A stretch of DNA of 64,000 bases from Dehalococcoidia bacterium (GCA_965226825.1 CBDDED010000003.1:2825642-2889641); one strand, 5' to 3'; shown: positions 30,969 to 41,363, counted from the stretch's first letter. Numbers and translations are program-made. The notes: a model not told the origin generated them from the sequence alone.

Positions 30969-32483
30969 ATGCCGGAAATTTGCGGAAAAGTCTACCTCGT
31001 GGGCGCCGGTCCCGGCGATCCGGGGTTGATCACGGTCAAGGGCAAAAGCTGCCTGGCTCAGGCCCAGGTGGTGGTTTACGACCGCCTGCTTGACCCCTCG
31101 TTGCTCCGGATTGCTCCCGAGTCGGCGGAACTGGTCTTCGTGGGCAAGGAGCGCGGACGCCAGGCTTTGAGCCAGGACGAGATCAATAACCTGCTTCTGG
31201 ACCGGGCAGCTGCGGGCAAGGTCGTCGTGCGATTGAAGGGAGGAGATCCCTTCGTTTTCGGCCGCGGCGGCGAAGAAGCCCTGGCGTTGGCCCGCGGCGG
31301 AACGCCCTTCGAGGTTGTGCCGGGCGTGACTTCCGCGGTTGCCGCCGCCGCCTACGCCGGGATACCCGTCACGCATCGGGGATTGGCCACCACGTTCACC
31401 GTGGTCAGCGGCAGTGAAGACCCGGCGAAACCCAACTCATCGGTCCGCTGGGATATCCTGGCCCAGACCGGCGGCACCCTGGTGGTGATAATGGGGCTGG
31501 CCGCCCTGGACAACATCACCGCGGCTCTGCGCCGCCACGGCATGGCCGACAATACACCCGCCGCCCTGGTCCAATGGGGCACCTGGAGCCGGCAGGTCAC
31601 GGTAACCGGAGATTTGCAGACGATAGCCCGGTTGGGGGCGGAAGCGGGGCTCAAACCGCCGGTTGCGGCCATCTTCGGGCCGGTCGTAGGCTTGAGAGAA
31701 GCCATCGCCTGGTTTGACCGCCGCCCGTTGTCCGGAAAACGGGTCCTGATCACCCGTTCCCGAACCCAGGCCTCCCAGTTAGTACGCCTATTGGAGGACC
31801 AGGGAGCGCAACCCGTTGAGCTTCCCGCCATCCAGGTATTGCCCCTGGATGATTTCACCCCGTTGGACCGGTCTGTGGGCCGCCTGGGGGAGTACCGTTG
31901 GACCATATTCGCCAGCACCAATGCGGTCGATTGGGTGTTCAACCGGTTGGCGGCCAAGGGCCTGGACGCTCGCGCCTTTGGCGGCGTTACCATCGGAGCC
32001 ATCGGCACGGCTACTGCCCAGGCCCTGGCCCAACGCGGCATTACCGCCGATTTTGTCCCCAAGAGGTCGACATCCGAGGCGGTGTTGGACGAATTGAAGG
32101 ACCGCGAGTGGCAAGACGTACCGGTTTTCCTGCCCGGCGCGGACATCGGGAGAGACGCCCTGGCCAATGGACTGGTTGCACTGGGCGCACGGGTGGACCG
32201 GGTTGCCGCCTACCGCACGGTCCCGGCCCCGGGCATGGGGGACTTGGCCCGAACGGAGTTGGCCGCGGGCATGGATGCGGTGACCTTCGCCAGTTCCTCT
32301 TCGGTGACCAACCTCGTGGGAATGTTGGACTCTGACAAGTCCCTGCTGGAGCAGTGCCCGGTGGTCTGCATCGGACCCACCACCGCGGCGACGGCCAAAA
32401 ATCTGGGTCTCCGGGTAGACGTGGTGGCCCAACCCTACACGGTCGAGGGCCTGGTGCAAGCCCTGGTGGATTTCTTTCAGTAG
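30969..32483 (+). CDS. cobA: Uroporphyrinogen-III methyltransferase/synthase fusion (CobA-HemD)
   Basis: VYLVGAGPGDPGL, RLKGGDPFVFGRGGEE, VPGVTS; HemD domain (LITRS, FASTNAV, FASSSSV, CIGPTTA). Confidence 0.93.
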   Translation: MPEICGKVYLVGAGPGDPGLITVKGKSCLAQAQVVVYDRLLDPSLLRIAPESAELVFVGKERGRQALSQDEINNLLLDRAAAGKVVVRLKGGDPFVFGRGGEEALALARGGTPFEVVPGVTSAVAAAAYAGIPVTHRGLATTFTVVSGSEDPAKPNSSVRWDILAQTGGTLVVIMGLAALDNITAALRRHGMADNTPAALVQWGTWSRQVTVTGDLQTIARLGAEAGLKPPVAAIFGPVVGLREAIAWFDRRPLSGKRVLITRSRTQASQLVRLLEDQGAQPVELPAIQVLPLDDFTPLDRSVGRLGEYRWTIFASTNAVDWVFNRLAAKGLDARAFGGVTIGAIGTATAQALAQRGITADFVPKRSTSEAVLDELKDREWQDVPVFLPGADIGRDALANGLVALGARVDRVAAYRTVPAPGMGDLARTELAAGMDAVTFASSSSVTNLVGMLDSDKSLLEQCPVVCIGPTTAATAKNLGLRVDVVAQPYTVEGLVQALVDFFQ

Positions 32484-32549
32484 CCAGCGCCGCCGCTGGC
32501 TACGCGCCGGCAACACGGCACATTTCTAACCAGACGCAAGGGGGATAAA

Positions 32550-33533
32550 TTGGCTACTTTCCCAGACATGAGGCTTCGTCGCCTGCGAGAACAGGAGCCC
32601 ATGCGAAGAATGGCCCGGGAAACCCGGCTTTCTCCGTCGGAGTTCGTTTACCCCGTGTTCGTGACTCACGGTGAAAACTCGAGAGAGCCCATCGAGCCAA
32701 TGCCGGGTTGCGACCAGATTTCTCTTGACCTGCTGGCCGAGGAAGTAGGAGAAGCGGCCGACCTGGGAATCCCCGCGGTCATGCTGTTCGGCCTGCCATC
32801 CAAGAAGGACCCTCTGGGAACCGAGGCGTACGACCCGGAGGGAATTATCCAGGAGGCAATCAAGGTCATCAAACGGTCGTCAACCGGCATGATGGTCATC
32901 ACCGACGTGTGCCTCTGCGAGTACACCGACCACGGACACTGCGGCGTGATTGACGGCGGCCGCGTGGACAACGACGCTACCCTGGAGTTGCTGGCGCGGA
33001 CCGCGCTTTCCCACGTACAGGCCGGCGCAGACATGGTGGCGCCTTCGGCAATGATGGACGGCCAGGTCCGCGCCATCCGGGACGCTTTGGACAGTCACGA
33101 CTATTCCGAATCGCCTATTATGGGCTACGCTGCGAAATTTGCTTCCGCCTTCTACGGCCCCTTCCGGGTGGCCGCCGACTCCACGCCCCAATTCGGCGAC
33201 CGCCGCAGCTACCAGATGGACCCGGCCAACGCTCGCATGGCGATGCGGGAAATTGAAAGCGACATCGCCGAAGGCGCTGACATCGTTATGGTAAAACCGG
33301 CAATGGCCTACCTAGACATCATCCGACAGGCCAGGGACCGGTTCGACCATCCCCTTTCGGCCTACAACGTCAGCGGCGAGTATTCCATGATCAAAGCGGC
33401 GGCCAGCCAGGGTTGGATCGACGGCAAGTCCGCGACCCTGGAACTGCTGACCGCCATCAAGCGGGCCGGCGCCGACATCATCCTCACCTACCACGCCAAA
33501 GAAGCAGCGCGCTGGCTCAAAGAGGACGGCTAA
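32550..33533 (+). CDS. hemB: Porphobilinogen synthase
   Basis: RLRRLR, DVCLCEYTDHGHCG, SAFYGPFR, MVKPA, AYNVSGEY. Confidence 0.96.
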   Translation: MATFPDMRLRRLREQEPMRRMARETRLSPSEFVYPVFVTHGENSREPIEPMPGCDQISLDLLAEEVGEAADLGIPAVMLFGLPSKKDPLGTEAYDPEGIIQEAIKVIKRSSTGMMVITDVCLCEYTDHGHCGVIDGGRVDNDATLELLARTALSHVQAGADMVAPSAMMDGQVRAIRDALDSHDYSESPIMGYAAKFASAFYGPFRVAADSTPQFGDRRSYQMDPANARMAMREIESDIAEGADIVMVKPAMAYLDIIRQARDRFDHPLSAYNVSGEYSMIKAAASQGWIDGKSATLELLTAIKRAGADIILTYHAKEAARWLKEDG

Positions 33534-33886
33534 CCACCGCTCAGATACGCCGTGATGGGTCCAGCAGCGTGGCGGTCCAGGTTCACGCGAATTGGCGAAA
33601 GTGGCACGATTTCTTCTCCCGCTCGTTCGAGGAGTGGGAGAAGGCCGCCGGTGGATTCATTAACGTGGACCGCGATTCCGAACAACACCTCCCCACGTAG
33701 TCTCTGTAACCCTGACGGACGTGAACTCACACGACCCGGTCTAGCAACGGAAAGTCACCATAGAAGTCAAGGTCACCGACACCAACGGAAGAGTAGGCCA
33801 AGACCGGCACGTAATTACTGTGATTCCTTGATTCGTCAGGCGTTTGCCACAGGGAACAGGGGAATCTGTTCGAACGAACGGTACAA

Positions 33887-35184
33887 ATGGATGACATCTT
33901 GGGTTTAGGCGAAAGGCTCCAGGTGAAAGGTGCGGCTGCATTCTGGCGGATTGTCAGCCTGCGGCTGACCCCCGGGTTGTTGTTGCCACTGGCGATATTG
34001 TCCGGTTTCCTAACTTTGGGCAATTATTGGGGCGGATACCCTAGCGACATTACCAGTCGGGCACCCCAGTGGACACCCGACGGGAATCATATCGTATTCG
34101 AACATCGCGATAGCAACCGAGGTAATCGGGCCTCCATATATGTTGTCCGAGCTGACGGTTCCGACCTGAAGAGAATACCGCCGGGCGGCGAAGACCGAGA
34201 CGGCGATTACCGGCCTGACATCTCCCCCAACGGTTCGAGGATCGTTTACACCACCACCCGCCACAAGACGAAACTGAGAGGGCAGTGGCAATACGAAAAC
34301 GAAATCGAGACATCGAAGTTGGACGGTTCGGACCGGCGCCGGCTTACTTACCACGATGTGGGCCAATCAATCCCGGCACGGTCCCGGACGGCACGCGCAT
34401 AGCTTTCTCCAGTAAACATGACATTGACGGGCCGTATATTGGGCAGGTGGTGGTTATGGAGGCGGATGGGTCGAACAAGCGAATCGTCTTCGATTCGGAG
34501 ACCTTTGATCTCGGGGTTATTGGTTTGAAACAGGGATCAGCCAAGATTGGTGGCAGTTTTGGGCGCCCCGTGTGGTCGCCGAACGGAGAAACGATTTCGT
34601 TTGTTGGTGCCGCTTTTGGAAAAAATCGAGTCGGCGAATATGTATATGACAACCCTTTCGTGTTTCTTTTCAAAGCTGGAGCCGACGGACAGGGATTGAT
34701 GCCTCTGGTCGTATCGAATAGGGAAAAGGGTGCAGTAGCGGGTGAGAAGGCGTGGTCGCCGGACGGGCGCGAACTGGCCTTCCTGCAATATGACCCCGCC
34801 GCCGGGGAATTGGGGAAATGGATATTATACGCGATAGGCCATGACGGCTCGGGTCTCCGAAAGGTGTCTGAGCTCGACTACAGGGGACGGTTTAGCAGCT
34901 TGTCCTGGTCGCCAAACGGGGATGAAATCCTGGTCGTATCGGACGGAGACCTGTATGTCGCCAAAGCGGACGGCTCGGGATATCGAGAGGTGGCACAAGC
35001 TCCCTACGCATCCTGGAGCCCGGACGGCTCCAGGATAGCAATAAGTGGACGTTCCGGTTTCTATCTCACTACCATTGCCGCGGACGGGTCGGACGAACAG
35101 GTGCTGGTGTACAGATACACCGACGGAAGCCTGAGGGCTGCAAACCCCGAGCCTAAGAAGTGCATCTTATGGATCTGCTGGTGA
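33887..35184 (+). pseudogene. TolB-like (PD40/WD40-like) beta-propeller protein, frameshifted near 34360-34390
   Basis: Repeated WSPDG/WTPDG/ADGS motifs across two overlapping frames; hydrophobic N-terminus; ends KKCILWICW. Confidence 0.75.
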
Positions 35185-35216
35185 CGGAATATACGGGCGG
35201 GACGGAGCGACCATAG

Positions 35217-36523
35217 ATGAAGGACATGACTGGCGCCCGAAATCCGTTGCGTCGGATTCTCCACATGCAGCTTACTCTCAAGCAGTTGGTTCCCCTGGCG
35301 ATGCTGGCCGGACTGCTGGCCGGACTGCTGGCCCTTGGGGGTACCGTGAACTTCTGCATCGACCCCAACAAACCCGGGGCGGGCTGGATGCAACGAGAGG
35401 GGCATCCTCAGTTTACGCCTAAGTGGACCCCCGACGGGAATCACATAGTGTTCGGCGACCAAAGCCCGGGGCATCTATATCTAGCTCGAATTGACGGCAC
35501 CAAGGTTGAGGAGATTGCCGGGGGTCGAGGAGAGTACGAAATTTACTACTCCCCGGACATCTCTCCCGATGGCTCCCGTATTGTGTACGGTACTGCTCGT
35601 TACCCGGGCGAAAGGGCTCGCTCGTGGGAAATAGAGACGGCGGACCTGGACGGCTCCAACCGGCGCGATCGCGAGGATAAGAGGATCATCGGTAAATCTC
35701 CGGTTTGGTCTCCCGACGGCAGCCGAATCGCGTTCATATATCCTTCAAATGGGCACTCGGTCATGGCTGCCGACGGGTCAGCAGAGCGTACCGTTTTCGG
35801 ACCCGAGTACTATGGCCAGCCTTTTGAGTTGGGGCAAAATATAACTGGGATTTACCCGAAGTCATACTCACCCCCGGCTTGGTCACCGGACGGGACCAAG
35901 CTGGCGTTGGCGGTCCATTTTCCTACTGTCAATAACCCTTCAGGAGACCATGACTCTTGGAGAGCAATCTACACAGTTGGTGCGGATGGCACTGGATTGG
36001 CCCTCTTGTATGCCAGCCCAACCTCCTGGTATGGGCCACGGACATCCCCGGCCTGGTCGCCGGATGGACGGAGGCTGGCGTTCATGCTCGACGGTGCTTC
36101 CACTGACAACAGCGGTAGGGTTAGGAACGTGTACACCATCGGAGTTGATGGTTCAGAACTGCGAAAAATAGCTGAGGTTAGCCTCGGCTCCGGGCCAGGT
36201 GGCAGTCTGTCATGGTCACCCGACGGGACTGAAATTCTGTTTACCGTGGCCGCAACATATAGGTCTCCCCATTGGTCTCCCCCAGGAGACGTATACATCG
36301 CCAGGGCGGACGGTTCGGGGCTTCGAACGGTGGGAGAGCGGGGGATTACGCATCCTGGTCCCCAGACGGCTCCAGAATAGCGGTAATCGAGAGATTATCC
36401 AACTATCTATCCACCAGGCCGCCCGAAGGCCCGGACGCCTTGGGGCTGGTCACCCAGGATCAGGACGGTAATTTCAAGGCCAGTAACCCCGACCAAAGGT
36501 GCATCTTGTGGATTTGCTGGTGA
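35217..36523 (+). pseudogene. TolB-like beta-propeller paralogue, frameshifted near 36339
   Basis: Multiple WSPDG repeats; last blade GDYASWSPDG and the tail QRCILWICW are in another frame. Confidence 0.75.
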
Positions 36524-36551
36524 GCCTCATGGAAGCAGTGCGAAGGTTGGC

Positions 36552-36956
36552 ATGACGTCCAAACGACACATTACGTTTGCTATTGTTGCGGTCTCCGCGC
36601 TGGCGGTTTTGGCTGCGACCCTACTTTGGCTGGACTTTGACCCGCAGCAGGTTGTCCCACCTTGCGACGATGGGGATTGCGAAGCCCGAAACGTCGGCGC
36701 CTTCCATTTCATCACTGGGGTTCCCAACCTGGGCGCGGCCCAGCAAGCCAACACCGACGCGGACAGCGTGGAGGAGGTTCTGGAGAAGGGAATGGCCCTG
36801 GCGGAAGCATCTCCGGTGCATCTGGCGTTCCGGGGAACCGGCGCCGCCGGCTCGGTGCGGTGTGAGTGGAGGGGTATCGCTCGAACGGCGGGGCAGAGTG
36901 AGGCGAAAATTTTTCCGCCCGCAGCACCTGTTCCAGCGTTGGTTGGACTAACTTAG
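36552..36956 (+). pseudogene. N-terminal fragment of a secreted/membrane-anchored protein, apparently truncated
   Basis: Signal/TM segment then a globular start; reading becomes junk near 36900 where an imperfect inverted repeat (CACCTGTTCCA...TGGACAGGTG) and the repeat array begin. Confidence 0.45.
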
Positions 36957-37018
36957 AAAGTCGTACAAGCTCTGTGGACAGGTGAACAGCACGTAGAAAC
37001 CCGGCGCCGTTCGCCGCC

Positions 37019-38545
37019 CAGGGTATGTCAATTGGCTTGCCGTCATCCTCGCCGCAGCGGGGATCCAAAGCCCTTTTGTCCCCCACTCCCGTCATCCTCG
37101 CCGCAGCGGGGATCCAGAGCCCTAATCATGCGCCAGGACTGTTATGCCAGCCGGGTGGTCAGGCCGGTGTTCTGCCTGGGGCGTTCCTGCAGACCCGCAT
37201 CAGGTTGGATGGGAGAAAGGGCTCTGGATTCCCACTTCGGTGAGAATGACGGGGGGCTCGCCCAGGTCACACATGAGGATGAAAATGGCCTGTTCCATAG
37301 TAACCCGGAGGCCCTTTTTATCCCCCACTCCCGTCATCCTCGCCGCAGCGGGGATCCAGAGCCCTGATCAAGCGCCAGGACTGTCATGCCAGCCGGGTGG
37401 TCAGGCCGGTGTTCTGCCTGGGGCGTTCCTGCAGACCCGCATCAGGTTGGATGGGAGAAAGGGCTCTGGATTCCCACTTCGGTGAGAATGACGGGGGGCT
37501 CGCCCAGGTCACACATGAGGATGAAAATGGCCTGTTCCATAGTAACCCGGAGGCCCTTTTTATCCCCCACTCCCGTCATCCTCGCCGCAGCGGGGATCCA
37601 GAGCCCTGATCAAGCGCCAGGACTGTCATGCCAGCCGGGTGGTCAGGCCGGTGTTCTGCCTGGGGCGTTCCTGCAGACCCGCATCAGGTTGGATGGGAGA
37701 AAGGGCTCTGGATTCCCACTTCGGTGAGAATGACGGGGGGCTCCCCAGGTCACACATGAGGATGAAAATGGCCTGTTTCCATAGTAATCCGGAGGCCCTT
37801 TTTATCCCCCACTCCCGTCATCCTCGCCGCAGCGGGAATCGAGAGCGCTGACCCCGTGTCAAGGCGGTTATGCCAGCTAAGGCGAGCCGGGTGGTCAGGC
37901 CGGTGTTCTGCCTGGGGCGTTCCTGCAGACCCGCATCAGGTTGAATGGGAGAAAGGGCTCTGGATTCCCACTGCGGTGAGAATGACGGGGGGCTCGCCCA
38001 GGTCACACATGGGGATAAAAATGGCCTGTTTCCATAGTAATCCGGAGGCCCTTTTTATCCCCCACTCCCGTCATCCTCGCCGCAGCGGGGATCCAGAGCC
38101 CTGATCATGCGCCAGGACTGTTATGCCAGCTAAGACGAGCAGGGTGGTCAGGCCGGTGTTCTGCCTGGGGCGTTCCGGCAGACCCGCATCAGGTTGGATG
38201 GGAGAAAGGGCTCTGGATTCCCACTGCGGTGAGAATGACGGGGGGCTCCCCAGGTCACACATGAGGATGAAAATGGCCTGTTTCCATAGTAATCCGGAGG
38301 CCCTTTTTATCCCCCACTCCCGTCATCCTCGCCGCAGCGGGGATCCAGAGCCCTGATCATGCGCCAGGACTGTTATGCCAGCTAAGACGAGCAGGGTGGT
38401 CAGGCCGGTGTTCTGCCTGGGGCGTTCCGGCAGACCCGCATCAGGTTGGATGGGAGAAAGGGCTCTGGATTCCCACTGCGGTGAGAATGACGGGGGGCTC
38501 GCCCAAGTCACACATTAGGATGAGAATGGCCTGTTTCCATAGTAA
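37019..38545. repeat. Tandem array of six 242-253-bp units, each containing a REP-pair cassette
   Basis: CCGTCATCCTCGCCGC at 37089, 37331, 37573, 37815, 38068, 38320; preceded by a family-B-like left end CAGGGTATGTCAATTG. Confidence 0.93.
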
Positions 38546-38603
38546 TGAAGGGGGTGGGGGAGATTCATTGACGGGTGGAACGGTCGGCCATCCCGACCTC
38601 GGC

Positions 38604-39125
38604 TTAGCCGCGCTCCTGGGCTTGCCCCTCCACCGGTGAGAACTCCACAGTCTCGCCCGGGTTAACCTTGAACCAACCCTCGCCGGGCGGGGGAAGCTGC
38701 CGTTCTTCGGCGCCGCTCTTCGGCCTGCGGACTACCCGCACACCTATGGTTGCCAACATTCCGTCCACCCTCTTGATGGACCCAGCCATAGCGCCGGGGG
38801 AGTGCTCATCGGACGTAAGCTGCATCCGCAACTCCAACAGTTCGTTGGTAAGTTGGAGCGCTAGCTCTACGCCGGAAAGGTTCAACCTCAGGTCGTCGAC
38901 AAAGTGCTTGATTAACCGCAGGCGCGCGATGTCCTCGTCGGAGTAGGCGCGCAGCGTACCCATGCGCAGCGGCTCGATGAATCCGGCCCGCTCGTATTTG
39001 CGCAGCGTCTGCGGGTGCATTTCCAAGGTCCGCGCCGCCACGCTGATCAGGTAAACCCCTCTGGTCTGGCGCATAACTTCCTCCGGCCCTGGTCTCACTG
39101 ACACTGGCAACTTATTTATATACAA
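38604..39125 (-). CDS. hspR: MerR-family heat-shock repressor, HspR-like (start may be 39074)
   Basis: GVYLISVAARTLEMHPQTLRKYERAG...YSDEDIARLRLIK...LNLSGV; divergent from hsp20. Confidence 0.8.
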   Translation of the reverse strand: MYINKLPVSVRPGPEEVMRQTRGVYLISVAARTLEMHPQTLRKYERAGFIEPLRMGTLRAYSDEDIARLRLIKHFVDDLRLNLSGVELALQLTNELLELRMQLTSDEHSPGAMAGSIKRVDGMLATIGVRVVRRPKSGAEERQLPPPGEGWFKVNPGETVEFSPVEGQAQERG

Positions 39126-39211
39126 TCAATCACTGCAGTGTCAAGTTAATATCCTATGAATGCTTTCAAGAGAAACATTGACTTGACACAGTATATATCA
39201 ACTAGTACACT
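39115..39211. promoter_or_regulatory. Back-to-back sigma70-type promoters with a degenerate HAIR-like operator
   Basis: + strand TTGACA(39183)-17 nt-TACACT(39206); - strand TTGACA(39144)-18 nt-TATAAA; CTTGACA-N7-TATCAAC resembles HAIR CTTGAGT-N7-ACTCAAG. Confidence 0.65.
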
Positions 39212-39241
39212 TGTCACATACTCTAACAAGGAGGTTGCGCC

Positions 39242-39433
39242 GTGGCATCAGTAGAGCTTCTCGAACCCGCAGTGAAACCCGAACCGTCCCCTGAGACGCT
39301 CAACCGCAAGCTGGACGAGCAAGTGGCTGAAGTCGTCGAACGGGTGGAGGGCGCCCAGGCCCCGGAACCGCGCCAAGCTGCGGAATGGTCCTACCGCGTA
39401 CCCTTTGCCGGCGTCCGATACTACTCATTCTAA
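39242..39433 (+). CDS. Small hypothetical protein (63 aa)
   Basis: Strong AAGGAGGT RBS, GTG start, host-like codon usage, first ORF after the promoter. Confidence 0.7.
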   Translation: MASVELLEPAVKPEPSPETLNRKLDEQVAEVVERVEGAQAPEPRQAAEWSYRVPFAGVRYYSF

Positions 39434-39492
39434 AGCATGAAACTGCCTCAGGCATGAGGTTGAAAAAGTTGGAAATTCAGGAGGGAAACAAA

Positions 39493-39969
39493 ATGCAACG
39501 AATGCAACGATGGTATCCATTCAACGACTTCTGGACCACGCACTACGCTCAGGACCGCATCCGGCCCCGGTTTGTACAGGACTCCGGCTCGGCAACCAAC
39601 GGCTCCGCTGACCGGACCTGGGCCGTGCCCTTGGACGTGGCCACCAAGGGCGAGGACACGATAGTCAGGGCATCCCTGCCCGGCGTTGCCCCCGAGGACA
39701 TCCAGGTTTCTATCGAGGATCGCGTGCTGACCATCAAGGGACAGACCGACGAGAAATTCCAGGACTCTGACGGGCAATTCGTAATGCGGGAACGGCGGAC
39801 CGGCACTTTTTCCCGGGCCCTGCGGCTGCCGGACTCGGTGGACCCTGAAAAGGTGCAACCGCACTACGAACACGGCGTCCTGACCATCACGCTGCCCAAG
39901 GCGGAAGCCAAGCGGGCTCGCCAGCTTCCGATTCATGTGGGCGCGGGGCCGGCCGTCGTAGGTTCCTAA
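39493..39969 (+). CDS. Hsp20/alpha-crystallin small heat-shock protein
   Basis: VPLDV, ASLPGV, VLTIKG, RERRTGTFSRALRLP, YEHGVLTITLPK. Confidence 0.93.
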   Translation: MQRMQRWYPFNDFWTTHYAQDRIRPRFVQDSGSATNGSADRTWAVPLDVATKGEDTIVRASLPGVAPEDIQVSIEDRVLTIKGQTDEKFQDSDGQFVMRERRTGTFSRALRLPDSVDPEKVQPHYEHGVLTITLPKAEAKRARQLPIHVGAGPAVVGS

Positions 39970-40024
39970 TCCCTTCCCCCGGTCGATCCCGTCCGGGGGC
40001 CGACGGCCCCTGGACCACCCAAGC

Positions 40025-40062
40025 AAAGACCTCTCCCAGCAGTCGCTGGGAGAGGTCTTTTT
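40025..40062. terminator. Bidirectional intrinsic terminator
   Basis: AAAGACCTCTCCCAGC-AGTC-GCTGGGAGAGGTCTTTTT between convergent hsp20 and sodN. Confidence 0.88.
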
Positions 40063-40146
40063 GGGTTCGGCAGGGTTATCGCCGCTAACCCGCAGCGCGA
40101 GACTCCGGAAAGCCGGGCGCCGGGGCTTATCGGTAAAAGCTAGGTC

Positions 40147-40617
40147 CTAGGCCCCGTAGCGCACAGCGGCGTTCGGGTCACTGTACTCCACGTTCTTGGT
40201 GCCCCAGAACGCGGCCGCAATGGAGTCGCAGGCCGCCACCAAGCCTTCGGCGTTTTCCATGCTGACAGTCTGTTTGCACTGTCCGGCCAGTTTCAGTGCG
40301 GCGTTGAACTGGGAAGCAATTTCGTTGGCGTCCACGCCGGGCCAGCCGTAGTCCGCCCACAGGATGCGCAGTTCTTTCTTGACTATCTCGGCGTGTTCCT
40401 CTTTTACCGAGGCGTACCGGGACATGGTGTTCACGTAAGCCTGGGTCGCGGAGCCCTCTCCGTGGGCATCGGGCACTTCCAGCGCCTGCATCCGGAGCAC
40501 CATTTTCTGCACTGTCTGGGCGGCGATTTTTGCCGCGATGGGATCGTATATCCCGCAGGGAATATCACAGTGGGCCTGAGCCTCCCTAGGTCGGAACAGA
40601 GAAAGCGGGTTCAACAT
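40147..40617 (-). CDS. sodN: Nickel superoxide dismutase precursor
   Basis: Short leader, then Ni-hook HCDIPCGIYDP; KEEHA...LRILWADY. Confidence 0.93.
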   Translation of the reverse strand: MLNPLSLFRPREAQAHCDIPCGIYDPIAAKIAAQTVQKMVLRMQALEVPDAHGEGSATQAYVNTMSRYASVKEEHAEIVKKELRILWADYGWPGVDANEIASQFNAALKLAGQCKQTVSMENAEGLVAACDSIAAAFWGTKNVEYSDPNAAVRYGA

Positions 40618-40702
40618 TCTAGACTTACCTCTTTGCCAATTTTAGAGTTCGCCTCAGCCTACAATAAAAGCAATACCGTCGCAAGTCCCGCTGTCCTCCC
40701 GC

Positions 40703-41251
40703 CAGGATCGTTCGATTGTCCCCGGCCATTCTCTCACCGCCGCGGGAATCCAGAACCCCGAATATGCACCAAGACTGTTATCGCAACGGAGGCGCGGCGG
40801 ATGGACAAGTCGACGTCCCACCTGAGTTTGCCCCAGAAGTCCAAGGTTATAACGACATTCGGATTATGGGTGCCATTGAAGACAGAATGGTGTTGTCTAC
40901 CAGCAACCTTCCGTAAATGGACGCTGCCTTGATAGCGACATTCGTACTGCCAAATACTTCTGAAACAGGCTCACCTGGAACATTCCTGCAGGCACGCACC
41001 AAGTTGGATGGGGAAAAGGGCTCTGGATTCCCGCTGCGGCTAGAATGACGGGAGTAGGAGTCAAAATGGGCTCCGGATTCCCGCTGCGGCAAGAGTGACG
41101 GGAGTAGGAGTCAAAATGGGCTCCGGATTCCCGCTGCGGCAAGAGTGACGGGAGTAGGAGTCAAAATGGGCTCCGGATTCCCGCTGCGACGAGAATGACG
41201 GTGAGCTGCGGCGAGAGTGACGGGGGATTCAGTGATAGTCGAACGACCCTG
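40703..41251. mobile_element. MITE family B copy, enlarged by a nested MITE and 50-bp tandem repeats
   Basis: CAGGATCGTTCGATTGTC...GATAGTCGAACGACCCTG; 10-bp flanks GTCCTCCCGC/GTCCTCCGGC; ~50-bp unit repeated 3-4 times at 41019-41200. Confidence 0.85.
40824..40972. mobile_element. Nested MITE family C
   Basis: TIR GAGTTTGCCCCAGAAGT / ACTTCTGAAACAGGCTC; 4-bp ACCT duplication; splits a cassette that is contiguous in the 51503 copy. Confidence 0.75.
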
Positions 41252-41363
41252 GTCCTCCGGCGCTGCTTAACATTGTGCCGGTATATCCGCCGCAGATATA
41301 ATTGGGGGCACTCCGCTCAGTTCGGCTACGAGCATCCACGTTTAAAATCCAGGAGGTCTCCCG

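Noticed and set aside
33545..33880. Gene remnant and weak inverted repeat after hemB
   Set aside because: Too short and degenerate to assign a product or element boundaries
37025..38511. Repeated short ORFs in the array (e.g. 37144..37485, 37386..37727)
   Set aside because: Frames change between units and there is no RBS; by-products of the DNA repeat
37089..38545. Possible CRISPR array
   Set aside because: Units are 242-253 bp and near-identical throughout; no unique spacers and no cas genes
41019..41200. Mini-CRISPR-like 50-bp periodicity
   Set aside because: The spacers are identical; simple tandem amplification
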